DNA of 64,000 nt from positions 1 through 64,000 of the forward strand of contig CAVXTH010000004.1 in the NCBI GenBank assembly GCA_963764625.1, written 5' to 3'. Source of the DNA: Candidatus Krumholzibacteriota bacterium. GTDB lineage: Bacteria > Krumholzibacteriota > Krumholzibacteriia > JAJRXK01. Of this stretch, positions 39,130-50,500 are shown one piece after another. The notes beneath the pieces were generated by a model. It ran no database searches and was not told the DNA's origin. It saw nothing but the letters and a program-made list of their open reading frames with translations. A program made the translations under genes and the position numbers. Position 1 is the stretch's first letter. Each line of letters opens with the position of its first letter.

Positions 39130-40016
39130 ATAAGTCGCCGGTCAGCTCGTGCGGGATCCTCGAGATCAAAGCGCACCAATGCGAGCTCAGGGCCGTCGTG
39201 GGCGGCGCCAAACAAGTAAGTTCGACCTAGTCGTTGCCGCCACGATCCGGTTAGCCGTGCGGATTCGTGAACGTGCCCGTGCAAGCTGACATGTGGTTGC
39301 TTCAGCTCGATGAATCGGCGCACTGCGATGCTTCCGACGTGCACGTCCATCGGCACGTGGTCGATCATTCTACCGTCCAGGGCCGCTCGGTCGAGATTCG
39401 TGTCATGGGGTGGACCGTGGAATAGGAACACAGCGCGGTCTGTTGGGGAGTCCCCTACCAATTTTTCCAAGTCGGCCGCAATGGTTCCGTACCGGATATC
39501 ATGGTCCCTCACTGCGACTGAGCGGTTCCCTTCCTCCGGGGACACGCAACCAGGTGGTACGTAGCGCCCAACGTCATACTTCTCCCAATCCTTGAACAGA
39601 AACGGTGTTGGGGGAACGTAGGAGTAGCCGTAGACCGCGTACTCGTCGAGAACGTGGCAGCGGCCGTGAACGTAGTGCCAAAGGCCGCCGAACTCCTGTC
39701 CGAGGAGAGCGTCTTCCTCCACCCTTCCGTCGTCATTTCCAAGAATCAATAGTACATGGGGGTAATCCTCAGCCAGGCTCTTACGAAGGCCACGAAAACC
39801 AGAGGCAAGGAAATCCCGAAGGAACTCTTCATCAGGATCCAAAAGCCAGGGAGATGGAAAAAGGTCGCCCCCGAGAAACACTACCGCGGGGCGCTCCTGA
39901 CGGATGGCGTGAAAGAGCTTCTGGTACCGGTCCTTGCGACCGTGCAGATCAGAAGCGAATAGGCACATTCTCAAGTGCACAACTCCTGGTCTACGCTGCG
40001 AAATCCGACGCGCCAT
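39126..40016 (-). CDS. Metallophosphoesterase (calcineurin-like, Icc-related)
   Basis: DLH, GD, GND(D), H-x-PP and GHVHE motifs; exact start uncertain. Confidence 0.88.
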   Translation of the reverse strand: MARRISQRRPGVVHLRMCLFASDLHGRKDRYQKLFHAIRQERPAVVFLGGDLFPSPWLLDPDEEFLRDFLASGFRGLRKSLAEDYPHVLLILGNDDGRVEEDALLGQEFGGLWHYVHGRCHVLDEYAVYGYSYVPPTPFLFKDWEKYDVGRYVPPGCVSPEEGNRSVAVRDHDIRYGTIAADLEKLVGDSPTDRAVFLFHGPPHDTNLDRAALDGRMIDHVPMDVHVGSIAVRRFIELKQPHVSLHGHVHESARLTGSWRQRLGRTYLFGAAHDGPELALVRFDLEDPARADRRLI

Positions 40017-40167
40017 CCATCCAAGCTATTGGCGCTCCTTCTCAACGCACTGAACAGAGGACACTTCAGATAAGGTATCCCTAAGCCCTCGAAGGGAGTG
40101 TACCATGTCTGATTCTACGAGTCCCGGGGATAAAGCAACCCCTGTGCCTACCCCCCCGCGCTCATCA

Positions 40168-40671
40168 TTAGCTACCGAACTGGGCGTAGACATCCTCATA
40201 GAGTTTCTGTGACTTCTGCAGAGCGGCGTCGAGCGCGGGCTTGACGTTCTGCTGCCAGTCCTCGTCGCTGGCGTCCCTCGCCTCCACAAGTTTCGCTTTG
40301 GCCGTGGCGAGAGCCTCAGCCATCTGCTTGTCGGCGTCCTGTAGTTCGACCTTGGCTTTGTCGGTAGTCGGCGTGGCCTTAACTAGCAAAGCCTGCCAAT
40401 CCTGTTCGATCTCAGCGAGCTTCTCCTGGGCGGCCTCGACGGCCTCGTCCTTCGGCTGATTCAGGAACTCGCCCGTAGCCTGTACGGCGTCGCCGAGGGC
40501 GTCGCCGGTGGTCGTTGCTGCGTCGCTGATGACATCAGCGGTTTTGTTTGCTGCATCGCCAACCGCGTCGCCGGCGGCCCTGGCCTTCTCGGCTGGCGTT
40601 TTGTTCCCGCACGCTGTCATTCCGAGCGCCAGCACGATCAGGACCATGAAAGTCCCCAGTTTTTTCCTCAT
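40168..40671 (-). CDS. Ala-rich helical lipoprotein of unknown function
   Basis: MRKK + hydrophobic stretch + MTA-C lipobox; 'AGDAVGDAA...TGDALGDA' repeats and coiled-coil C-terminus. Confidence 0.7.
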   Translation of the reverse strand: MRKKLGTFMVLIVLALGMTACGNKTPAEKARAAGDAVGDAANKTADVISDAATTTGDALGDAVQATGEFLNQPKDEAVEAAQEKLAEIEQDWQALLVKATPTTDKAKVELQDADKQMAEALATAKAKLVEARDASDEDWQQNVKPALDAALQKSQKLYEDVYAQFGS

Positions 40672-40994
40672 GAGCTTCCTCCCTTTTACGGCAAAATATC
40701 GCATGCTACTTGTCTCTTTGAAACCAGTGGTCCAACAGGACCTCAACCAGCGGGCGAATTTTCAGGCAGTAGCGAAACGTCACCGCGCCAAGAACTCTTT
40801 GTCAGTGGAAACAGAATTTTATCTGTCGTTTGACGGTTCCTGGTCATCGACGGCCGCATTCATGATGTCTTCGCCACACAACCCAATAGCCACTATCGTG
40901 CCCGAGCTAAGCGCTTACGAGCGCGTAGCTTAGATGGCGCAGCAGTTTGAATTGCCCATCATAATGAGGCGGAGTTGATCAAAACGAAGGAGGA

Positions 40995-41030
40995 AGCCCA
41001 GCAACGTGGATCTAATGAATGGTTGGGACA
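40995..41030. mobile_element. Miniature IS relic F end; possible partner end at 40143 (TGTGCCTACC)
   Basis: agcccagcaacgtggatctaatgaatggttgggaca differs from relic C 26038-26073 at only 2 positions. Confidence 0.7.
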
Positions 41031-41081
41031 GGATGATAATGGTGCCTGTCAAAGTCGTGATAGGAAGTTGCGCGTTCCGCG

Positions 41082-41999
41082 CTAGTCGGCAAAGGCTGCG
41101 AGTTTGCCTTCTTCGTACACGCTGTCCTCGCCAGGATAGCGCAGGCCTTTGATCCCTTGTTGCCTAGCGAGACTCCAAAGGATGCTTTCGCCGGCGGGCA
41201 GCCCGGTGGGTTGCATCCGATACAGCGGATCGGTATAGGCCTGCTCTGGGCTTACGATGGGCCAGCCTTTGCTGCGGAACATGGCGATGATGTCGGGCAA
41301 GAAGACGGCGTTGATGGCATTGGTGTGCAACAAGATCACGTACTGAGCATGGCGTTTGAGTACTTTTTGCGCGAGCCCATCGTAGTACTGCGCGCGATCC
41401 CATAAGTGTGCAAGATAGAGCGCGCGAAATTCCGCGATGTCCGCGTTCGAATGTCGCTGGTGCCATCGTGTAAAGCGACTGCTGTAGTACCAATCGCTGG
41501 TGTCGATGCTGACCTCGCCGGAGCGGTAGTGATGACGCTGTAGCCAGGCGCGAAAGCCGTCACGCTTTTCTGCCGTGTCGCCTTCTTTCAGGTAAGGAAA
41601 GCGAAAGCGTGGGACCCAGCCCGGCAGCGTCCTCAGCAGGGCGTCGTTGCGTGCGACGTCTGCAATGAAATCCGACAGCTGCGTTGCGTGGGCACCGAGA
41701 TTGGCATGGCTGTAGGAATGATTGCCTATTTCGTGGCCGGCGCTTCCCCAGGCCCGGACCAAATCCAGGCCCTCAGGAGAGTCGACGTTACGTCCCGCGG
41801 CAAAGAGGATGCTCTGGACTTTGGCCGACGCTAGCGCTGCCAGTATTTGCTCGTTCCATTCGGCCGCGTGCGCGTTGCTGCGCGGATCCAGACCATCATC
41901 AAACGACAGCGCAATCGCTGGGCCGGTGTCTGCGGCCTCCGCCGGTAGCGCGAGCGCAGCAGCAGTGGCCAAAAGCAAGCCAAGCAAGCATCCTCTCAT
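41082..41999 (-). CDS. Polysaccharide deacetylase (NodB/CE4), secreted
   Basis: Signal peptide ending AEA; 'LSFDDG', 'GNHSYSH', 'FRFPY', 'DW' and 'ILLH' motifs. Confidence 0.9.
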   Translation of the reverse strand: MRGCLLGLLLATAAALALPAEAADTGPAIALSFDDGLDPRSNAHAAEWNEQILAALASAKVQSILFAAGRNVDSPEGLDLVRAWGSAGHEIGNHSYSHANLGAHATQLSDFIADVARNDALLRTLPGWVPRFRFPYLKEGDTAEKRDGFRAWLQRHHYRSGEVSIDTSDWYYSSRFTRWHQRHSNADIAEFRALYLAHLWDRAQYYDGLAQKVLKRHAQYVILLHTNAINAVFLPDIIAMFRSKGWPIVSPEQAYTDPLYRMQPTGLPAGESILWSLARQQGIKGLRYPGEDSVYEEGKLAAFAD

Positions 42000-42256
42000 C
42001 GTGCAATCTCCTGTCCGATCAAGCACTAACTCCTACATATAGATCGGCAGAACGTGTTCGCTGAGTCGGCATTTCCCTTTCTGTTCCGGTGAGTTTAGCG
42101 CTTCCTCATCCTCATTGTGAAGCCAGAAACCGTCGTCCATGGAGAGCTGGCGGCGTGACCAGGGGCGCATGTGATGGTACTCTTGTGACCGGGGCGGCGT
42201 CGGCGCATTTCCTGCGGCAGCGCCAAACCTATACCCTTCCTCTGGAGCTACCCGAC

Positions 42257-43222
42257 GTGCGCCGAATTCCACTGATGCTGCTCTGCCTGGCCTTCCTGTC
42301 ACTCTCGATCATTTTGCCTGCGAACGCCAAACCCCTCCCCTCCTGGCGACCGGGCGCGGCACGAACGGCAATCCTGACCTTCGTGGCCGCGGTGACCGAC
42401 ACAACGAGCTCGGACTTCGTTCCACGCGCTGATCGCATTGCCGTACTCGACAACGACGGGACGTGCTGGTGTGAGCAGCCGCAGTCGGTCAGCGAGGCTT
42501 TTCAGCTCTCGCTGCTGCGAGATTTGGTGGCGAGCGGGCGGGTCGATGGCGACCAAATGCCGCTGCGAGCCTGGCTTGCCCACGACGAGGGTGCCTTGCG
42601 AACATTCGGGTGGAGTGCGGCTTACGAGGGGCTGAACGCTGCATTTGAGGGCATGGACGTGGAGGCCTACCGCGATTCGTCGCTGGCCTTTCTCGGCCGG
42701 GCGCGCGACCCGCGCTTCGACCGGCCATATACCAGACTCTTCTATGCTCCCATGCTCGAGCTGAAGGCGTATCTGGAGGCCAATGGCTTCGAGGTTTGGA
42801 TCGTCACGGGAGGGGAACAGGCCTTCGTGCGTGTCCTGTACGAAAGGGTGGTCGGCCTTGCCCCCGCGCGGGTGATCGGCACCTGGACGACCCCAGTCTA
42901 CAGCGTGGTGGAGGGAAAGCCTCAGCTGGTACGCGGGAATGTCCGCGTGTACAACGGCCATGAGCACAAACCGGAAGATATCTCCGTGCGGATTGGCCGC
43001 CGGCCGATCTTCGCCGCGGGCAATAGCGACAACGACGAACCCATGTGCCTGTACGCCGTGACCGGCACGCATCACGGCCTTGCGATCTGGATCCAGCACG
43101 ACGACCCCGACCGTGAATACGCGCTTCGCGGACACACCGACAAGATCGACGCACTGTGCCGGCGGAGTCCGACCGCCGTCCCGGTGAGCATGAAGCATGA
43201 CTGGACCTGCGTGTTCCCCTAA
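42257..43222 (+). CDS. Secreted HAD-superfamily phosphatase (nonspecific acid phosphatase-like)
   Basis: Signal peptide ending ANA; 'LPSW', DNDGT, 'IVTGG', K and 'GNSDND' HAD motifs. Confidence 0.85.
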   Translation: MRRIPLMLLCLAFLSLSIILPANAKPLPSWRPGAARTAILTFVAAVTDTTSSDFVPRADRIAVLDNDGTCWCEQPQSVSEAFQLSLLRDLVASGRVDGDQMPLRAWLAHDEGALRTFGWSAAYEGLNAAFEGMDVEAYRDSSLAFLGRARDPRFDRPYTRLFYAPMLELKAYLEANGFEVWIVTGGEQAFVRVLYERVVGLAPARVIGTWTTPVYSVVEGKPQLVRGNVRVYNGHEHKPEDISVRIGRRPIFAAGNSDNDEPMCLYAVTGTHHGLAIWIQHDDPDREYALRGHTDKIDALCRRSPTAVPVSMKHDWTCVFP

Positions 43223-43282
43223 GCTGAAGGCTGTTCCTGTCGCTGAGTAGATTCGTGCTCGATCTTCCGCGGGAGCCCAGAT

Positions 43283-44279
43283 TTGATCGGAAAGTTTCTT
43301 GCCCACTACGAGATCACCGGTCTGCTCGGCAAGGGCGGAATGGGCGAGGTCGTGAGAGAGAATTGAAGGTGACGCTCCTCGACACAGCGCCGAAGGCGCG
43401 CACGACCGATCCGAAGGCCTATGCGCTGCACTTACAGGCGGTGCAGCTGTCACGGAAGCGAACCGCCGAAGGCTATGCGCAGTCTGACTCGCTGTATCAC
43501 CAAGTATTGGCTATCGATCCCAGCTATGCCCCATCATGGGTCAATCTGGCTTCGAACCTCGTCAACGAAGTCTATATCGGGTTGCGCAGCGCCGATAAGG
43601 GGTTCCGCCCGCCAGGGAGGCAGCAAAAAAGGCGCTCGAGATCGACCCCGGGTCGGCACAAGCACACGCTGGCCTGGGCAGCATCGCCGTCGCCGAAGGC
43701 GAGCTCGCGGACGCCGCCACGCATTTCGAGTGAGCCCTCGAACTCGATCCGACGGCTCCGATCGTCCTGGGAAACAGCTCCGCCCTGCTCAAGTCGCTGG
43801 GAAGGCTTGACGAAGCGATCGCGCTCTTTCGCACCGTGCTCAGTCTCCGTCCGGGCTATAGCGGCGCACGGTTCATGCTCGGAGAGGCCCTGCTCGAAAA
43901 AGGTGACGCCGAAGCAGCGCTGGCGGAATTTAAACAGGAGACATACGAGGCGTTCCGCATGATCGGTTTGCCAATGGCCTACCACGATCTCGGACGCAAG
44001 GTCGAGTTCCAGACTGCGCTGGACAAACTCATTGCGAACCTGGGCCCGTCATCGCCCTACGACGTCGGGTCCGTGTTCGCCTACTGTGGCGATGCGGATC
44101 GCGCTTTCGAGTGGCTCGACAAGTCGGTCGCGGCCAACGACGGCGGAACCATTCTCATCCTCGTGGACAGGCTCTTCACGAGCGTCCGCTCCGATCCACG
44201 CTGGCTGCCGTTTCTGCGCAGACTCGGCAAGGCACCCGATCAGGTCAAGAAAATCAAGTTCGAGGTAGTGCTGCAGTAA
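43283..44279 (+). pseudogene. Deleted Ser/Thr kinase-TPR gene
   Basis: Starts LIGKFLAHYEITGLLGKGGMGEV (DNA close to 6593-6660), then jumps to TPR-region sequence; frameshift near 43610 and in-frame TGA at 43731; ends 'RSDPRW..FLRRLG'. Confidence 0.8.
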
Positions 44280-44525
44280 CCTGCTCGTTGCAGTTCTCCC
44301 AATTCCCCATGCTCGTGCATTCGGCTTGAAACTTCCGGATTTTTTCATGAGTCCTCGGACACGATGAGGAAGCATTGGAAACGTGAAGCCACCGGCAACC
44401 GATGGCATGCGTATTGCCTTCCCCTGGCCGAGGAAAAGCACGCAGCGGCGTCCTGAGGATTCCGCGTCGTGTCTCCACGGGAATCACCCGTACTCGACAC
44501 ACAACCCGTGCACTCTCAGGGTCTC

Positions 44526-47500
44526 ATGAGAATCAATCTGCGCACCCAGCTAATTGCCGTTGTGACCTTCCTCAGCGCGCTGCTCGTCGCGAACGTGGCC
44601 GTGGCCTTCGATCATCTGGAAATCACGGTCGTAAATCCACAGATCGTGCAGGGACGACCCGCCGTCACGGCGCAGGTCGGTTTCAGTGTCCGTGTTCGCG
44701 CTGCAAATGCCGATGGAAGCACCGATACCGCCGCGGACTTCATCAACGCAGAGTTCTACACCGACGACGTTCCCGCCAATCTTCCGCCCCGCTCCTACTT
44801 GCAGGGCGGTGAGCGTCAGTTCGACAACCTGGTGCTCCTCGCATCGGGCTCACCGATCCGTCTGCGGGTGCGTGACGCCGACGATTCATCGGTACCATTT
44901 GGTGAAATTCTCATCGATTGCTACGACTACGTGGAGTCATTCACGCTCGTAGTGCCTCCGGGCGACAAATTCGTCGACCAGGTCGTCAACGTGACCCTCC
45001 AGGCGCGAGACATCGGGGGCGGGTTGGTATTGAATTTCCGCGATGACATCGTTCTCGACGCAGCCATCGGAGATTTTGCGAGCGGAACCACGATCACTGT
45101 CCCCGGCACCGCTTTCAGCCTTGGTGAGGCAACCGTGCCCATCGTATTCTGGGGAACTGATCCGGTCACGCGAGAAAACACCCTGAGCGCGATAAACACC
45201 AGGGTATACCCTGGCCAAGGTTCTGCAGCCACCGGGAGCGCCATCGTCTCCCCCCTTCGTCCGGGACCCCTAGGCACTGTCGTCCTTTTGTTGCCCGGAG
45301 AATCTCTTACGCCTGGCGTGAGTCCGGGCAAGACCGGCACCCCTCTCCCTCAGATTTCCGGCAACTCCTTCAACGGGATCGATGTCTACGCCACCGACTC
45401 GCACTGGAACCCCGTCGAACCAACCGCCTACCCCCAACTGTCCTGGAGCAGCGATGATCCCAGCGCCGGTGTAATTCTTCCACCCGGTGGAGCGATGGCC
45501 AGCAACGCCGAACTGGACGAAACGGTCCGCCTCATCCAATCGGGCTTGCGGCGGGTAACGGTCACGGCAAGCGGCTCGCTCAACGCCAGCAGCGAAAGCA
45601 ACGTGGTGGTCAATCCCGAGGGATTGGACCACTTCGTCTTCGACTATACCGCGTGGGATACCCTCGACGTTCAGGTCACCACCATTCCATTCTCGCTTCG
45701 AGTTCGAGCGGAAGACGTCAACAACAATCCATTTCCCTTCAATGGACAAGTGACGATCCGCGCCAAGCTAGGCGCAACGGATGAATCCGAAGACTATGCG
45801 ATCGTCAATAATACGAATTTTGTGAACGGACAACTCGACGCCTTGGTCCAAGTTACCAAGCGCGCATTCAGCGCGCGCGTGATCGTCGACAGCAACGGTG
45901 GCGTCGTGGGACAGAGCGGGCACTTCCAGGTGAACTCAGGGCCGCTCAATCGTATTCTCCTTACCTTTCCTGGCGAGACTTGGGTACCGGGGCTCAACGA
46001 CGAGACTTTCAGCGGCAACACTGGAACCCCCAACAATGTCATCGCGGGCCAAGAGATATTTCCGGTCACAGTGCGACCGGTCGACCGCTACGCCAATATC
46101 GTCTCTGGACTGCGTAACGTCACGATCAGTTCACCTACCGGGTACTTTGAACTTCCGGATTATCCGAACAATCTGATCTCCCTCAATAACCCCGTGGATG
46201 TCCGCGTAATTCTGCGGACTGCGGGAAGGAACAACTCGCGGCCGACGCAAGCGGGGTGAACCCGAATCTGTCTGCCCGTGTCAATGTTTCTCCCGCCCCT
46301 TACAATCGCGTTGTCGTCGAGGCGCCCGGCGAGTCCCTCGACCCGGGTATCTTCGACAGCATCGAGGATGATGGAAAAATCGGGCAACCTTCCGTGCAAG
46401 ACGCAGGCGTGCCTTTCAACGTGCGCGTCTATGCGACAGATGTCTATTGGAACCCCATCACCGACTTCGACCCCGCGCTTCCGATCAGTGCCGACTTTAG
46501 CAGCAGCGATCTGGCTGCGGTTCTACCGTCCAACCCCCAGGCGCTCAACAATAACTCCCAGGTCTTCGCGGTAACGCTGATCACTCTGGCTGATCCGAAC
46601 CAGCAGACCATCCGCGTCGACGACAATGCAGCGACAATTCGGTTTCACCACGATCCCGGTAAAGGCGGGCACCATCGATCACTTCGACATCGGCATCAAC
46701 AACCGGACGAATCCCACTCCGGGTGAGTTCTGGAGCCGATTCCCGACCATCAGGCGGGTTCCTTCCTGCCCAACGTCACCATCGTGGCGCGGGATGTCTT
46801 CAACAACCACGTCGCGGACTACAGCGACAGCGTGACAATGTACGTCAGCCACGGTCCGAACGTCTTGCAGCCGGTGCGCGTGAGCATGGGCGACGGCTTC
46901 GGCAGCGGTGCCTACAAGGGCGTCTGGCGCGGACCGATCCAGATCACCAAGGCTGGCACCGGACGTGCGCCTCTTCGTACGCGAGGAGGTCTTCGCGAGT
47001 ACCGACAGCAGCAATACATTCACGGTCTTCCCCGGAGCCTACGAGGATCTGTCCTGCTGCTGCCGGGCGAGACCCCGACGCCGGGTATCGCGCCCGGAAA
47101 GGTCGGCACGCCGCTTCCGGTAGTGGCCGGCGATCCCATGGTGGCCACGGTGGTCGGCGACCGACCGCTTCTGGAATCCGGTGACCAGCTCGCCGACCGT
47201 GCACTTCGACAGCGACAACTACTTCCAGATGGTCTCGGCCAACGATCAGCCCCTGGATCCATCGGAACCGGGAGCTTCGACCTCTTCTTCAAGACGGCGA
47301 CCACCCACGCGGTTTCGGTCAACGACCTCATCTCGCCGGCGCAGAACGACACCTCACGGATTGGTCCAGGCAGGAACCTTCGACCGTCTCATGGTCCTGG
47401 CTCCGGGCGAAACCCCCAATCCCGGCGGACCGGATTCCGATGGAAAGGTGGGGGCGCCGGTTCCCCAGACCGCGAGCCTGGAGTTCGATCTGCACGTGCT

Positions 47501-50500
47501 GTCGGTCGATCAGTTCTGGAACCAGGTGGACAACAGCACCGAGCACATCTCCCTCGCCAGCGACGACAACTCGCTCTCGCCGACCAATCCCGTGAACAAC
47601 GGTCAGCCCCTGGTCAACGGCGAGATCGTGTTCCCGATCTTCCTGACCTCGCCGGGATTCGTCACTCTGGGCGTGGCCGGAATGGACAACACCGATCTGC
47701 TGGGCCAGTCGGTGACCATCCCCGTGGAGCAGGGCGCGGCCTATCAGATCACGGTGCCGCCCACCGCCAACGTCGGGCCGCCGTCGACCTTCTCCATGAC
47801 CATCGCGCTGGTGGACTCCAACGGGGTCCCGCTTCCCGCCGCGAACAACTACGTCACGCTGAAGGCACTCAAGAGCAACCTGGAGCCGGCCAGCTCGACC
47901 CTCTTCGTGACCGGGGCCCAGCTCCAAACGGATCGGTGACCCTCACGAACCAGGCCTACGACACCGTCGAAGACATCGTGATCCAGATCAGCGACGTGTC
48001 GGGGCGCCTCAGCTACTCGAACATCATCCAGATGCAGCCCAACGGGCTGGAGTACGTGGTCAACGTCGAGTCGGATCCTCCGCCGCGCGTGGGGCCGCCC
48101 CACCTTCGGCATGAGCGTGCGTCTGCAGGACAGCGAGACCAAGACCCTCGTGCGCGAGGATCGTCCCCTACGTCCAGGTCTTCGATGGTCTCGGGCAGAC
48201 GGGACGCGGCTCGCTGGGGGTCACCTCGCAGCGTCTCGACCACGGAAAGGTCAGCTTCCAGCAGAGCTACACCCGAGCCGAGAACATCTACATCACCGTC
48301 ACCGACAGCACCGGTCTGGCCGGCAGCAGCCCGATCTTCGCGCTGACTTCCGACGGATACAAGAAGCTCCAGATCGTCGCCCCCGGCGAAGTCGTCGAAG
48401 CCGGAGTCGACAGCTTCAGCACCACGGGCAAGAGCGGACCCCTGCGCCATCGCAGCGGCGAACTCTTCCCGCTGACGGTGCGCGCCGTGGATCAGTACTG
48501 GAATCTCGCCGACTCGACGAATTCCGGGGATCTGCGACTCGTCGCCAGCGACAACAGCTACGCGCTGCCGGGCAATCCCAACGTCAACCACGTGCCTTTC
48601 GTCAACGGCAAGCGCACCTTCAACAGTTTCCTCACCGACCCCGGCCAGGTCACGGTGACCGTGTACGACGAGGCAAATCTCGCCAGACCCGAGCAGGACG
48701 TCGTGATTCCGGTGGATCCGCCCTACCAGTACGAGATCACCGTACCGGCGACCGCGACCACGGGGTCCATCCCCGGGTTCCAGGTGGTGGTGAAGCTCGT
48801 CGATCCCTCGACGGGGAACGTCGTGCCCACCGCGCAGCATCGCTTATCTCACGCCGCTCTTCCGAGTCTGGCGCTGGCCAACGGAACCCTCGGAGACCGC
48901 CGCCCAGCTCATCGACGGAGTCGCGGTCCTCAACAACCAGAGCTACGACACGGTGGAGGACATCCTCATCCGGGTGAGCGATGCATTCGGTCGCGAGACC
49001 ATGTCGAGCCTGATCCACATGGACACCGGCGGCCTCTACTTCTCCGGTGCCGTACCCGACGCCGCGGTGGGGCCGCCCGGGACCTTCCCCCTGAACATCG
49101 AGCTGCTCGACAGCAACACCGGCCAGCGCGTGGTGACCCAGGATCGAGTCGTGGACATCCGCGTGCTCAGCGCGAGCACGGGACAGCCGGGTACCGGCGT
49201 GTTGGGAATCGTGCAGGGACAGTTGAACGCGGGTCTGCTCTCGGTGTCCGAGAGCTACACCCGAGCCGAGGACATCTTCCTCGCGATCAGCGACTCCTCC
49301 GGCGTCACCGGTCTGAGCAACACCTGTCGCATGCTGGCCGACGGTTTCAAACGGATGCAGATCGTGGCTCCCGGCGAGACGGTGATTCCCGGAAGCACTT
49401 CGGCCACCGGCAAGACCGGTTCGCCGGCGACCCAGCAGGCCGAGGCTCCGTTCACGGTCCGGGTCCGCGCAGTGGACCAGTATTTCAACCTCGTCGAGAC
49501 GATCGACGACGGCGAGCTGCACCTGACCTCTTCTGGAAGCGGGCTCGAACTCGCCGATCCCAATCTGGATGGATCGCCATTCATCAACGGAATGCGCGAC
49601 TTCGAGGTGGTCCTCGGCGACCCCGGCGTGATCCCGGTCTTCGTGACCGACGCGACGCGTCCGCAGATCAGCACCGGGCGGGTGGACATCCCCGTCAACG
49701 AGGCCGAGTACCGCATCATTCTGCCCGACCCGCCGGTGGTCACCGCGGGACCGCCCGCGACCTTCCCGGTGACCGTCCGCCTGGTCAATCCGATCACCGA
49801 CGAGCGGATCAATGCCGGCAACGACTTCACCATGCAGGCGTTACTCCGGACCGCAGCGCGGCCAGCAATATCCTCGGCATCACCGGGGGAACGCTGGTGG
49901 CCGGCGAAGCAGTCATCGGCGGTCAGAGCTACGCGACCAGCGAGCAGATCGTCATTCGAGTGAGGGACTCACGGGGCCGAGAGGCCTTCAGCGAACCGCT
50001 CACCGTACAGCCGGTCGGCGTGACCTGGGCATTCGACGTCCCCGACACCGTGGTGGCCGGCGCGCCGTGGACGATGGCGGTCCGCCGCGTGGACATCGTG
50101 ACCGGGCAGCTCGTCACCCTCGATGACCGGAGCTTCACTCTGCGTGCGTTCAGCGGCAACGCCGCGGCCCGATATGCTCTCACCCCGTCCGGCGCTCTGC
50201 GACACACCGGCAGCACCACCGGCGGCGAATCATCTTCACCTCCCAGTGCTACGACCGCGCCGAAGGGATCTACCTCGAACTCACCGATCTCTCCGGCGAG
50301 CGCGCGTTCAGCCCGGTCATCACCGTACTTCCCGCGGCTCCGGCCGAGGTGCAGGCTGACGGTGGAAGAAGTCCCGGGCCGCATCTTACCCGGCCGCTGC
50401 GCCAACGAACAGGGTACGCCAGGGCGCGGATCACCGACGGGGCGGGCAACCCACTGCCGGCGGTGGGAGTGGACTTTCGGATTCTCCAGGGCGATGCCTG

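Noticed and set aside
41031-42060. Integron attC-like sites around the polysaccharide deacetylase
   Set aside because: No convincing RYYYAAC...GTTRRRY pair with an internal palindrome, and no integron integrase in the window.
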